From the NCBI GenBank assembly GCA_002104905.1, contig MCFE01000485.1, positions 3,719 to 67,718 on the forward strand: 64,000 nt of DNA, given 5' to 3'. This DNA comes from Basidiobolus meristosporus CBS 931.73. Lineage: Eukaryota > Fungi > Basidiobolomycota. Of this stretch, positions 50,331-61,751 are shown piece by piece. The translations under genes were made by a program, and so were the position numbers. Under the pieces are notes generated by a model. It had not been told where the DNA came from. It did no database searches and saw only the letters and a program-made list of their open reading frames with translations. The stretch's first letter is position 1; each line of letters begins with the position of its first letter.

Positions 50331-51780
50331 GGTATTGATACTGTGGATAAAGTATGGCAAGCAAATATGTAGAGCTTACTATGGAAGGCTCTAGGAGCAT
50401 GAATGCAAAGTTTGGGGCCTTTTGGACAACATTGAGAAAGGCTTTAATGTGGGTATCTGATTATTGGTAAGAATATTCAAAGTAGATCCCAATATGGATT
50501 TGGGCTTGGACAAAATGCTAGTGACAGAACGTAATATATATAGCCAAGTTAGCATATATATCTTAAGTGATTACTTTGTAATACAACAATAGTTACCTTC
50601 CTGAATAGCCTGACAGACAGGCTCCAAGGCCTTGTATCAGTCCTAGACTCCAAAGCTGATGATTTGATTTTAAATTATGTGTATTCAAGGCTCCTCAACA
50701 GAGAATTAAGAGAATCAAGTGTGTGCAAGAAAAAAGAAGAAAGTGCTTTTGTAAGCTATGACAAAAACTGAAGGAGGTATCCAAGACACTTTATAGGCAA
50801 CAGCAACCTGTTTGTGGTGGCCTCCAATGGAAGTTACACACATCAGACAAGTGCCTTGAAAAGAGATATAATCAGCAAAGGAGCCTGAGTATGGAGAAGC
50901 TGCAACAGATGAAGATGCGCTATTTATATCTGAACTAAATATGACCACACTAAGGATTCTGATATGTGGTACTTTAGCTGTGGAGCATCTCAGCACTATG
51001 AATACAAAAGGAGTTATTAAGAGATTCCCAACAAGAAAATTTTCATGAGTGACAATAAAACACTTTGTGAAGTTGGAGAGGGAGTCATTCTAGTAAACCT
51101 TGGAAGCAGGGAAGGAGACCACCCACTCATCTTCAAAGAAGTAATGTATGTACCAGAAATAGCTAAGAACATACTGTCTGTAAGCAAGGCCACACCAGAT
51201 AGACTCAGAATCTTCATGGGCAATTCTGGATGCTGGATGACAGATCCTCATGGAGCCCAAATGCTTGGGTATCAAAGATCAGAATCTATACAAGCTCACT
51301 TTTATTCCATCATATCTGTAAGCCATTATAAGTAACTCAAATGGAAAGGCACCAATACCTAGGTACAGGAGATCTGGACACATCTGCTTTGATTATTTGT
51401 ACAAAATGATCAAAGATCAGCTAATTTCCAGAGTAAAAGTTAATTCCTAGCTAGTTTGGAGTAAAGTGAGCCTGGTAGATATGGAAAGATGCCAGATAAC
51501 TGCTCAAGAGCTGCAGGCTATTTAATACTTAGTGAAAGTTAGATCCAATTCCCCAGGTCTATGTGAACCTATTCAAATTTATGTTTATGTGGGAATCAAT
51601 ACACAATTACTGTTATTGATCCTTATATAAGATACACACAGGTCTACTTCATGGAATGAAGAGAAGAGCACTGTCTAGGCCCTGGGAGTTTAAAAACATG
51701 GTGCAGAGTGGAACTAGTGAAAAATCTAGAAAATATGCTCTGAGAATAGTAGAGAATATACCTCAAAGCTCTTAGTCCAC
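50330..51780. mobile_element. Decayed Copia LTR (minus, ~50330-50580) and gag-pol fragment (plus, ~50585-51780)
   Basis: ORF 51045-51335 (DNKTLCEVGEGVILVNL..EVMYVPEIAKNIL) matches the family protease-integrase linker. Confidence 0.85.
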
Positions 51781-51783
51781 TGT

Positions 51784-54700
51784 GTGAGTACTCAATACGA
51801 TAAGAAAGTAAGAGAGTTCGCAAGACATATGGAAGGGTCAGCATGGCAATGGCATTATGGGTTGGAAGACGCAGTCAAAGATGACTGGGATGCACTAGAA
51901 GAAGCCTACAAGACACGCTTTCTATATGCCAAAGGATACCACTACGAAGCCCTTCTACTGTCCTCGTGGAAGAAAAGCAGTGAAAGCTATGAAGCCTACA
52001 CTGAGCTGTTTCTCCAACAAGTTCAATGTCTCCCAAAGGATGAAATTGCCAAACAACAGCTCATGAGGTATTACATCATGGGCTTAGACAATGAAATAAG
52101 ACGTAGGGCGTCCAAAGAACAACAAGGATGTAAAACATTGCAAGAGTTGGTCGAACGAGTACGAGGGGTCATCTTGCTATGGGGGCTACCCTATAGTGAT
52201 ACAAATGATTGAAGGACAGGGATCCCCCGTAAGAAAGGAAAAATCGCCTCCCCAAAAGACTGTGAGTTAGAGGAATTACGGCAAAAGGTTCAAGAACTCT
52301 CAATCAACAATGTCCAAGAAGTCCCCAAAGAAGGTGATAAACTCTGGGAAGCTGTCGTAGATCTAAAGGCCCAGGTTCAAGTCCTGACCCAACAGATGGA
52401 ACAACCGCGACAACAGTATCCGTGTTATGTGTGTGGAGAAGTAGGTCACTGGGCCCATGAATGTGAAAAACGGTACGGAAGAGAAGCCGTACCGGACACA
52501 AAAGAGAAGAAGGCATCAAAAGACAGAGTCCCTTGCCAGGAGGCCAACGGGACTCAGTCAATCTAAGCCCTCCGGTCAGGACAATTGAAATGCGGAAGAA
52601 GAAGCGTCAACATGATGCTTCTAGAGAGGAGGCAAAGGAACCTGTAGTAGAGGTTCCGTCAAAAGGAAAGAGCACGGAATTAGGTGAAGAAGTACGGAAT
52701 GAACCTTGGGAAGAAGTGTTAAAGCAAACGAAGAATGCTAGCACATCTTTCCATGGCCTATTCCCCATAATGAAGGTACTAGAGCAAACCAAGGCAACCC
52801 TCCCAATAACCAATTTACTGGGACTGGCCCTGGCTCTAGTCAAGGAACTGATAGAGGGATTGAAGGAGATAACGACCCTCCATGTCAACCAAACGGTCCT
52901 GCAAAAACCAAATAAAGGTACAAACGTAAAGGTACGTATAGAGAATAAGGAGATTCTTGCCCTTATTGACACAGGATCCTCTACGTTGATCATGTCAGAG
53001 TCATTAGCGAAACGTCTAAAACTAAATATAGTCCCCAACGACACCATTCAAGTACGGCTAGCAAATGACCAACTGGATACAACGGTAGGTGTGGTGCCTA
53101 ATTGCCCCATTTGGCTAGGCAACTTGATAATACGCCAAGATGTTGTGGTCCTACCTGTCGCAGCCAACGACTTACTCATTGGCAAGAGTTGGTTTATCCA
53201 ACATAAGATGGATATACTTTACAGTGCATCTGAACTCAGGTGGGATACCAAGAGTATCCCACTGATTCATATCACCAATGAGAACAAGGCGCGTAGCAAC
53301 AGTGTGACAATCGAAGAGGTGAAACCGTCGCAGTCTCTGATCATCACACAAAAGGTGATAAAAATACCACCCGCCAGTGAGACGGTGATCTCATTAGAAA
53401 CACCAATAGCTTATTCAACAAGCGGAAGAATGATAACCGCAGCGAAAGCATCCAAGCAACTGGAAGGAATCTTGATCCCTAAAGTATGGATACCACCAAA
53501 ATTTGAAACGCAAAGCCTGAAATGCTTAGTGGTTAACAATGGGCAACACACGGTGACATTGCCTAGAGGAGTGCCATTGTTAAACTTAGAGGAAGTCGAC
53601 GGAAACGACCAAGGACCACCTCCAAACAAAGAACCAGAAGAAGAACTCCCCAAACTAGATGTGGACCCCGGTCTACCGCCTACATTACGAGACAAATTCC
53701 TAGAAGGAATACGTCCGCTTGCCCAAGTATTCTCTAAGAACCAAGTAATTGGTCATATACCTGGGGTATATCACCAAATCCACCTTGCCGACAAATACCC
53801 CATCAAGCAAAAAGCCTATAGGAATTCGAAAATTGACACAGACTATATCAAAGAGACGATTGAAACTTTATTAAAAGACGACATCATTACAGAGAGCCAG
53901 TCTCCGTGGGCCTCCCCTGTAGTGATAGTCCCAAAGAAAGACGGAAAGCGACGCTTTTGCATCAACTACCGGAATTTGAACGCCGTCACCCGGAAGGACG
54001 TGTATCCACTACCGCAAATAGACAACCTCTTGGACAGATTAATTGGAGCTAAATATTTTAGCTCTCTTGACTTAATCTCCGGGTATTGGCAAGTAGAAGT
54101 AGCCCCGGAAGATCGACCCAAAACCGCTTTTATAACATTGTTTGGATTATACAAATGGAACCGACTACCCTTTGGCTTGTGCAATGCCCCCGCTACGTTC
54201 CAAAGGATGATCAACAAGGTGCTAGGAAATCTACAATGGGAATGCGCCCTTGTGTATCTGGACAACATCACGATATATTCCCCCAATGTAGAAGAACATA
54301 TACACGACGTGCAACGTATCCTGACATCCCTCCTCAAGAACCAACTCAAACTACATCCCAAGAAGTGCCATTTCCTGTATACAAAATTGTTGTTCCTGGG
54401 CCACGAGATCTTGGCAGATGGAATATACCCATCTACGTCACTCCTGAAAGCCGTTCAAAATGCACCTGCACCAAAGGACATTAATGCAGTGTTGGGATTC
54501 CTAGGATTAGCCGGCTACTATTGCCGCTTTGTCAAAAACTTCACAACGATAGCAGCCCCCCTATACAAATTGACGCGAAAGGGCCAGTGTTTTGTATGGT
54601 CAGAGCCTCAAAAGAGAGCATTCAATCAGCTGAAACATTACCTGACGTCACCGCCAGTGTTACGATTTCCCAATTAGGATGCAAGATTTTTTATTAACTG

Positions 54701-55678
54701 TGATGGAAGCCTCACCGGTATAGGCGCCGTACTGGGACAATACCACCAACCTGGCGAATTCCACCCGATCGGTTATGTGAGCCATTTGCTAAACAAACAC
54801 GAACACCACTACCCTGTTACCGAGATAGAATGTCTGGCTGTTGTTTATTCAATTAAACAATTCCATACATACATACATGGTTGCCGATTCACGATAGTAA
54901 CGGACCACAGCGCACTGGTCTGGCTGATGAAAACTAAAGACTTTACCGGCCGACTAGCATGTTGGGCCCTACAACTACAGCAATACGACTTTGAAATAAT
55001 TCACCACGCTGGCAAGAAACGCCAGGACGCAGACTTCCTCAGTCGCTATCCCGTTTGCCAAATACGTGTCAGTGATGAGTATGAGGACGTAATCTGCTTT
55101 AAAAAGAAAGGGAGGTATCCCAAACACGTCGTTACAAACAAACAGAAGAGAGAATTTTGAAGGAAATGGTGTCAGTACAAAGTACAAGAAAATCGACTAT
55201 GGTTCCTCCAAGGACAGTCCAGAGCCAAGGTACCCCCACTAGCAGCCCGTGAAGAAATCATACAAGAAAGACATATGTCATTAGGACACGCTAACCCCCT
55301 AACAACATATAAGATGTTAAGAAAAACGTTTTATTGGCGAAAAATGATGACCGACGTTACCAATATGTTACAAAGATGCACCACTTGCAAAAGATTCAAC
55401 CGGAGTCAGAAGATAAGGACAACCGCACCAATACCGGTTGACCTGCCCTTCCACCAAGTAGGGATCGACTTTGTTGGCCCCTTTATGAAAACAAAGAAAG
55501 GAGAACAATACATAATAATTGCTACCGATTATTTCTCAAAGTGGGTAGAAGCCCAAGCCGTCCACAATAAAGATCAGAAGACAACCGCCTGATTCATTCT
55601 AGAACACCTCATCTGCCAACATGGATATCCTCAGATACTCCTGTCCGACAATAGTGGTTCCTTCCTGAATGACACCGT
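51784..55678 (+). mobile_element. Truncated, defective Ty3/gypsy element (gag, protease, dUTPase-like spacer, RT, RNase H, N-half of integrase); no LTR seen
   Basis: Knuckle CYVCGEVGHWAHEC, protease ALIDTGSS, RT LDLISGYWQV and YLDNI, RNase H NCDGSLTGIGAVL and TDHSAL, integrase HHCC and FHQVGIDFVGP. In-frame stops at 52210, 54675, 55158 and 55590. Pol is in the -1 frame relative to gag. Cut off by the next element. Confidence 0.92.
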
Positions 55679-56761
55679 TGTAGTGGGGTCACAGTGACAC
55701 CCACAGGCAGATGTGCTCATTCTTATGCGTTCACTTCCCTAAAAAGGATTACCCCGCCTATATTATTATCATCCCAAATTTGCAATATTTCCTATTTTTG
55801 TCTATGTGATTATTACTATGCAACCTGACAAACTATTTGTCACTATTAACCCATTGCACAAGCTATTCTTATTCCTTACCGAGATGCCAAGATAAGATAG
55901 TTACCTTATAAGGCAAGTACCCCAACAGTGCCCATGTCACGTGACCATCTTGGTTTCATAATTCCCCATCTCACTACCATAAGAGGCAACCACATGACGC
56001 AGCGGTTTCATGTTACCACTACCTGATTGGCTAGGTGCTACTATGTCTCATGGAACAATCCGCCAAGAATTTGCGCTATTTTTAGTACACAAAGACATGA
56101 TTGGTTGTCTACTACCTTCTGGAAACTTCCGGAAAGTATTTTCTAGCAAGAAATTGAGCAGCAAAAAAGTATATAAGGGAGGCTATCCCTTAAAATAAAT
56201 CATCCCTCTTCTAATATTCCGACTTATTGATTAGTGAGATCACCGCTACCTATTACCACTATTTTCTGACTCAGACCTGACAACACTCCCAGGAAACCGC
56301 GCTGACAGCCAACTGACCTTGGAGGCACTACTTGTGAGGAATACTCAGAGTAGGTATATTTTATTATATTTGTTTGTTTTCCCAAGTTTGTTCTTGTACA
56401 GGCAAAGATACTTTTCAGTCTTTGTAACTATTGGTCAAAGCTGCATTCTTATCAAGTCCCTGTTGGTGGAGTTTACAGTTGTTTTGACTTTGGAAACTTT
56501 AGTACATTGTCATCTCAAAGGACGTCGAAGCCATTATAAACTTTTGTTAAGACGCCAACTAAGTTGGGGATTGTAGTTCAATAGTTTTCCCTTGACAAGC
56601 TTGAGGCTTTATCCCCCATCACATTAGATTAGATAAAAGACCCAGTATTCCTAGCAAGCTTTTGCCAGAGGTTATCGCACCCAGTGAACACCCCACACAC
56701 ATTCACACTTGAGAAGTGTTGGCCGTATTTTGCCCTTTGGACTTATACACCACCACATAAT

Positions 56762-56778
56762 TGGCACCCAACGTGGGG
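56762..56778 (+). promoter_or_regulatory. Primer-binding site, tRNA-Lys(CUU)-like
   Basis: TGGCACCCAACGTGGGG lies 4 nt after the LTR and differs by one base from the known Lys1,2-type PBS TGGCGCCCAACGTGGGG. Confidence 0.7.
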
Positions 56779-56897
56779 GGTTCATACAAGCTCCCTAGGA
56801 CCCAACAAGATTTACCTGAAGATTTGAGCCGTCACCCATTTATTGAAACAAGAATACCGATATTATCAAGACTATAATACCAACCTACGTACCCAAA

Positions 56898-59800
56898 ATG
56901 AACTCTATGCCGTTACCACTCTCACATGGAGCCCCACAGTTTGATGGAAAGAATGTGGAGAGCTTCATATTCAAATGGGAGAAGCTCTGCAAGATGTGCA
57001 GCCTATCTGAACAAGAAATGGCTGAAGACTTCCCCTACTACTGCACTGATGATATTACTACCAAGCTTCTCAGACAAGGAGACATTCTGACTGACTGGAC
57101 CTTAATGAAGACCTACCTACAGGCCGAGTATGGCAGACCCCAGATATACTATGGAATTGAAGACCTCAGACACTTTGGGAGGATGGGACTCTCCAAGCTA
57201 CCAATTGAAGAGTTCATTCAACAATATGAAGATATGGCCAAGCCACTCCTAGAGTCCCAGGCAATAACTGAGTTTACCATGACACTTTACCTTGCACAAG
57301 GGCTTCCCCAGGAGTTGGCAAGGAAAGTTGACCTACATGCAGCCAAGGATGACAAGTCTGGCATTCCTTGCTTTGCAGAGATGAAACGTGTACTCCTAGA
57401 GGCAAAGCAAACTTCTACCTTTATGAGACTCCTGACATCTAATCTGCCAGACCAGCCAACCAAGGAGCTAAAGAGTGCTGTTGCTGACAATCAGACCTAC
57501 ACTACCGACAGAATTGACCAACTTGCTGAACAGCTACAAAAGCTAGCCCTCAAGGTTAATGGCTCAGCTGAGGTAGCTACTGAGGGCCAAAGAGCTTTGC
57601 CTAGACACTGCATTTGGTGTGACTCTACTCAGCATGCCAGACGTGAATGCTCAGAGCTTAGCCAGCTACTTAGAGAAGGAACAGTACAGTTTGATGCTGA
57701 TGGAATGCTTGCTGATAAGGAAGGAAAAAGGATTCCCACTAATTTCCGAAGAGGTGGAATGAGAGCCCTTTTCCAGAAGTCTGACTCAGCAACTAGAAAG
57801 ATTACTGTTGATGCCCCTATTGAGACTCATACAGTGAGTCCAAACAGCCCTGACAACAGAAAATACGAAGTAGACACCTTTGCTACTAAGAGACACCTTC
57901 CTGAAGAACCTGTCAAACCCATCCTTAGAAGACCACGATTTGAAGAGCCTGAGGTTATTATTGACAAGAGGCCTGGAACACTGCCTACCCAAGACCCATT
58001 ACCTCACTTTCAGATGACCTCAAAGATAGCAGGCTACTCAAGCCCCCAATTGATTACTGAGAAACTACTGAAGCAGAACCTCACTTTGTCAGTTGGAGAA
58101 ATCATGAGTGTATCACCGTCTGTTAGGAAGACCTTTGATGAGCAGCTTAGAACAAGAAGACAAGCTGTTGAACATATGGACACCCATATAATCCAGACAA
58201 ACCATGAAGACCACAAAAAGGATGACAACGCTACCAAATATAAGACCTTTTACTCAGTTGCAACTGCTGTGGTGAAAGGGTATATATATGATGACCCTGT
58301 TGACTGCCATATTGACAGTGGTTCAGAGATTTGTGTTATGCCGCTAGACTTCTGGAAGACACTTAGAAGCAAGGAGCTACTGCCTGTTGATAGAGATATT
58401 GGATGGAACATGACTGATGCAAACTCAGGGTCTAGCCCACTCTATGGTGTAGTGCACAAGTTCCCTATTGAGGTACAAGGAATCAAGGTCTGGCTTCCCC
58501 TCTTTATCTGCCAGAAGGCAAACTTTGACCTTCTGTTAGGCAGACCATGGGAGACCAGTACTAAGGCTACAACTACCAACTATTCTGATGGGTCAGTGTG
58601 GTACACTATACAAGGATCCAACCCAGGACTACAGTCAACATTCTGTGGGGTAACACCCAACAATAAGAGGACACATACCGCTTGCCAGAAGACACATCTT
58701 GTTATAGAAGAAGATGAGGAGCCTGACAGTATACACCCTAACAGTTGGAGCTACTCATTAGGTATACAGGAGCAGACAGCTATGGTTCGCACAAAATACA
58801 AGACAGTGGAACAGAAGATTAGACCATCACTTACGCCTTTAACTGATGGGTCTCGACCTGCTGATTACATCAGACCACCAGAAGGAACACCAGAAGATAT
58901 ACGACTTACACCTGAGAGACTTAAGCAACTTACCGTTGGTGATGGAAACCTAACACCGGAGGAGATCTTACTATTTGAAGAAACCCTGAAAAGGCATGAT
59001 AAGGTTTTCTCATATAACGACAAGGAGATGGGACTCTTAAAGACATCTGTTGAAAAACCTATCAAAATTCATACAGTGCCCCACACACCCTGGTCATTTA
59101 AGCCTTACCCACTGCCTAGAGGACTCCAAGCTGATGTGCATGACCTACTTAAGAAGAAGATTGAAGCTGGTATCCTAGAACCTTGCCATGGACCTTATGC
59201 TAACAGATGGTTTGTGACCAAAAAGAAGAATGGGAAGCTCCGATTCATTCAAGACATGCAACCTGCAAATGCTGTCACTATCAGAGATGCCGCAATACCT
59301 CTGTCTATTGATGACTTTGCAGAAAGCTTTAGTGGTCACTCCATCTACTCAACATATGATCTCTACTCAGGATACGACCAGATTCCCCTAGATGAGACAT
59401 CAAGAGATATGTTTGCACTCCAGACACCATTTGGACTGTTAAGAATGACAAGACTTAGCCAAGGGGCAACAAACTCTGTGGCTCAGTTCCAGCGGTGCAT
59501 GGTAAATGTGCTCTACCGGTTTATACCTGAGAAACTTGCTGTCTTTGTTGATGACATAGGCATCAAAGGACCAAAACTCCGGGACACAACCGAAGTTATG
59601 CCTGGAGTAAGAAAGTTTGTCTATGACCATATTTCAGACAATGATGCCATATTAGGAGCCATTGAAGAAGCTGGACTCACCATCAGTGGTGAGAAAAGCA
59701 GCTTTGGTGTATCAGAGATATCCATTGTTGGACAAAAATGCAACACCTTTGGTCGTTCACCCGGAGACTCCAAGACACAAAAGATATGCAACTGGCCTAC

Positions 59801-61751
59801 CCCCACAAATCTAACACAAGCTCGTGGCTTTGTGGCAGCTTGTGGGTTCTTTAGGATCTGGATCCCAAGATTTTCTGAGATAGCAGAACCAATCTACCGA
59901 CTACAGAGAAAGAATGCCCCATTTAGCTGGGGAGAAGAGCAAGAAGAAGCCATGCAATTACTAAAAGAGGCCTTAGTATCTCCACCAGTTCTGAGACCTC
60001 TTGACTATCAGAACACTGAATGCCCACCTATCTTGACGGTGGATGCAAGCCCTGTAGGAGCTGGAGCACTACTTGGCCAAGATGATGAAGATGGTAACCG
60101 CTATGCCTGCAGATATGAGAGCTGCCTCTTCTCTCCTAGAGAACAAAGATACTCACAGATTAAGAGAGAGCTACTAGGAGTTGTGAAGATGCTGAGAAAG
60201 CTGAAGTCACAACTCTACATGACACATTTCATCCTGGAGACAGATGCTAAGCCACTTATAGGAATGATCAACAAACCTGATCTACCTGATGATGCCACAA
60301 ATTGGTGGATGGCATGGCTGAAAATGTTTGACTTTGAGGTCAGACATATCCCTGGCAAGACAAATGTTGTGGCTGATGCACTCTCCAGGAAGGGACCACA
60401 GTTGTCTGAAGATATGGACCCTGACTTTGATGACATAATTGATGCAGAAATCCGACAACTACACGTGAAGAAGCCCAGCAACTCTACGTGGAACACCATT
60501 CAAGACTATCTGAGAACCTTAGAGAAGCCACCAGGAATGAGCCCACATGATTTCAGAAAGCTCAGGAAGAAGGCCCATCATTTCTACATAAAAGATGGCC
60601 TCCTCTTCAAACGAGTAAAGCCTGGACAGACACCAAGAAGAGTTATAGTTGAGCCCCAGGAACAACTGACTATTATGTCAAGCCTTCATGAAGGAAGACC
60701 CGGTGGTCATAGAGGCAGAGATGCCACTTACAATGTTGTTTCCAGTAGGTACTACTGGGAGCATATGTATCATGATGTCCAACACTTTGTTGAATCTTGT
60801 GACATTTGCCAAAGAAGGTCAACCAAGAGATATGAGGAGCCGCTCCATCCAACCTACACACCTTGTCTATGGCAGAAGGTTGGCATTGACCTGGTCCACA
60901 TGCCAACTGCTGGAACCAAGAAGTACCTTGTTGTTGCCAGAGATGATCTGAGTGGGTGGGTAGAAGCTCGAGCCCTATCCAATAACAAAAGCCACACCAT
61001 ATGGAGATTTATTCTTGAAGATATAATATGCAGATTTGGCTGCATCAGCCAGTTTGTTGCTGACCGAGGAGAAATGACTTCAAATTGGATCCAGGAACTC
61101 TGCTCACAATACAAGATTCATATTGCTTTCACCACTGCTTATCACCCACAGGCCAATGGAATGGTTGAAAGAGGCCATGGCCCATTGGTTAACTCCCTAG
61201 TCAAGAGCTGCAACAACATGACACTACAGTGGCCTACACAACTTCATCTAGCACTCTGGGCAGATAGAATCACTACAAAACGCAGCACAGGTCTATCTCC
61301 ATTCAAATTGCTTTATGGACATGATTGCATTCTTCCCATAGAGCTTGACTCAACATCCTGGAATGCGCTAGAGTGGAGAACTACAATGAGTACAGAAGAA
61401 CTACTGACTACACGCATTAAACAGCTTGATCACCATGAACTTGATATTACCCAAGCAGCTGCTAAACTCAAAGAGACAAGACTTCAGAACAAGGAACCAT
61501 TTGACAAGTCACATAGCCTTAGACCAAAGCCATTACTGCAAGGAGATCCAGTACTGCTCTATGATTCCACTTTAGACAAGCAGTGGAGCCACAAATTTGA
61601 CAATAAGTGGTCTGGCCCATATATTGTCTCTAAGGTGATTGGAAATGGAAGCTACTACCTGTCTGAACTTGATGGAACACCGCTAAGAGCACCTGTGGCA
61701 GGAAACCGACTTAAGTTATTCAAGCACCGGAATTTCGCACATCACATTTAG
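56898..61751 (+). CDS. Gag-Pol polyprotein, 1617 aa, single uninterrupted ORF
   Basis: CCHC knuckle CIWCDSTQHARREC, protease HIDSGSE, RT YDLYSGYDQI and FVDD, RNase H TVDASPVG/ETDAKPL, integrase HHCC, DLVHM, ADRGE, GMVER and the GPY/F module WSGPY. No chromodomain seen. Confidence 0.96.
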   Translation: MNSMPLPLSHGAPQFDGKNVESFIFKWEKLCKMCSLSEQEMAEDFPYYCTDDITTKLLRQGDILTDWTLMKTYLQAEYGRPQIYYGIEDLRHFGRMGLSKLPIEEFIQQYEDMAKPLLESQAITEFTMTLYLAQGLPQELARKVDLHAAKDDKSGIPCFAEMKRVLLEAKQTSTFMRLLTSNLPDQPTKELKSAVADNQTYTTDRIDQLAEQLQKLALKVNGSAEVATEGQRALPRHCIWCDSTQHARRECSELSQLLREGTVQFDADGMLADKEGKRIPTNFRRGGMRALFQKSDSATRKITVDAPIETHTVSPNSPDNRKYEVDTFATKRHLPEEPVKPILRRPRFEEPEVIIDKRPGTLPTQDPLPHFQMTSKIAGYSSPQLITEKLLKQNLTLSVGEIMSVSPSVRKTFDEQLRTRRQAVEHMDTHIIQTNHEDHKKDDNATKYKTFYSVATAVVKGYIYDDPVDCHIDSGSEICVMPLDFWKTLRSKELLPVDRDIGWNMTDANSGSSPLYGVVHKFPIEVQGIKVWLPLFICQKANFDLLLGRPWETSTKATTTNYSDGSVWYTIQGSNPGLQSTFCGVTPNNKRTHTACQKTHLVIEEDEEPDSIHPNSWSYSLGIQEQTAMVRTKYKTVEQKIRPSLTPLTDGSRPADYIRPPEGTPEDIRLTPERLKQLTVGDGNLTPEEILLFEETLKRHDKVFSYNDKEMGLLKTSVEKPIKIHTVPHTPWSFKPYPLPRGLQADVHDLLKKKIEAGILEPCHGPYANRWFVTKKKNGKLRFIQDMQPANAVTIRDAAIPLSIDDFAESFSGHSIYSTYDLYSGYDQIPLDETSRDMFALQTPFGLLRMTRLSQGATNSVAQFQRCMVNVLYRFIPEKLAVFVDDIGIKGPKLRDTTEVMPGVRKFVYDHISDNDAILGAIEEAGLTISGEKSSFGVSEISIVGQKCNTFGRSPGDSKTQKICNWPTPTNLTQARGFVAACGFFRIWIPRFSEIAEPIYRLQRKNAPFSWGEEQEEAMQLLKEALVSPPVLRPLDYQNTECPPILTVDASPVGAGALLGQDDEDGNRYACRYESCLFSPREQRYSQIKRELLGVVKMLRKLKSQLYMTHFILETDAKPLIGMINKPDLPDDATNWWMAWLKMFDFEVRHIPGKTNVVADALSRKGPQLSEDMDPDFDDIIDAEIRQLHVKKPSNSTWNTIQDYLRTLEKPPGMSPHDFRKLRKKAHHFYIKDGLLFKRVKPGQTPRRVIVEPQEQLTIMSSLHEGRPGGHRGRDATYNVVSSRYYWEHMYHDVQHFVESCDICQRRSTKRYEEPLHPTYTPCLWQKVGIDLVHMPTAGTKKYLVVARDDLSGWVEARALSNNKSHTIWRFILEDIICRFGCISQFVADRGEMTSNWIQELCSQYKIHIAFTTAYHPQANGMVERGHGPLVNSLVKSCNNMTLQWPTQLHLALWADRITTKRSTGLSPFKLLYGHDCILPIELDSTSWNALEWRTTMSTEELLTTRIKQLDHHELDITQAAAKLKETRLQNKEPFDKSHSLRPKPLLQGDPVLLYDSTLDKQWSHKFDNKWSGPYIVSKVIGNGSYYLSELDGTPLRAPVAGNRLKLFKHRNFAHHI

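Noticed and set aside
55675-55678. Possible TSD CCGT/CCGC for the young gypsy, implying simple insertion into the older gypsy
   Set aside because: Only 3 of 4 bases match and the sequence after 62870 does not resume the integrase, so the right flank seems deleted or rearranged.
56010-56576. 62-aa and 85-aa ORFs duplicated at 62123-62689
   Set aside because: They lie within the two LTR copies and show no protein-like motif.
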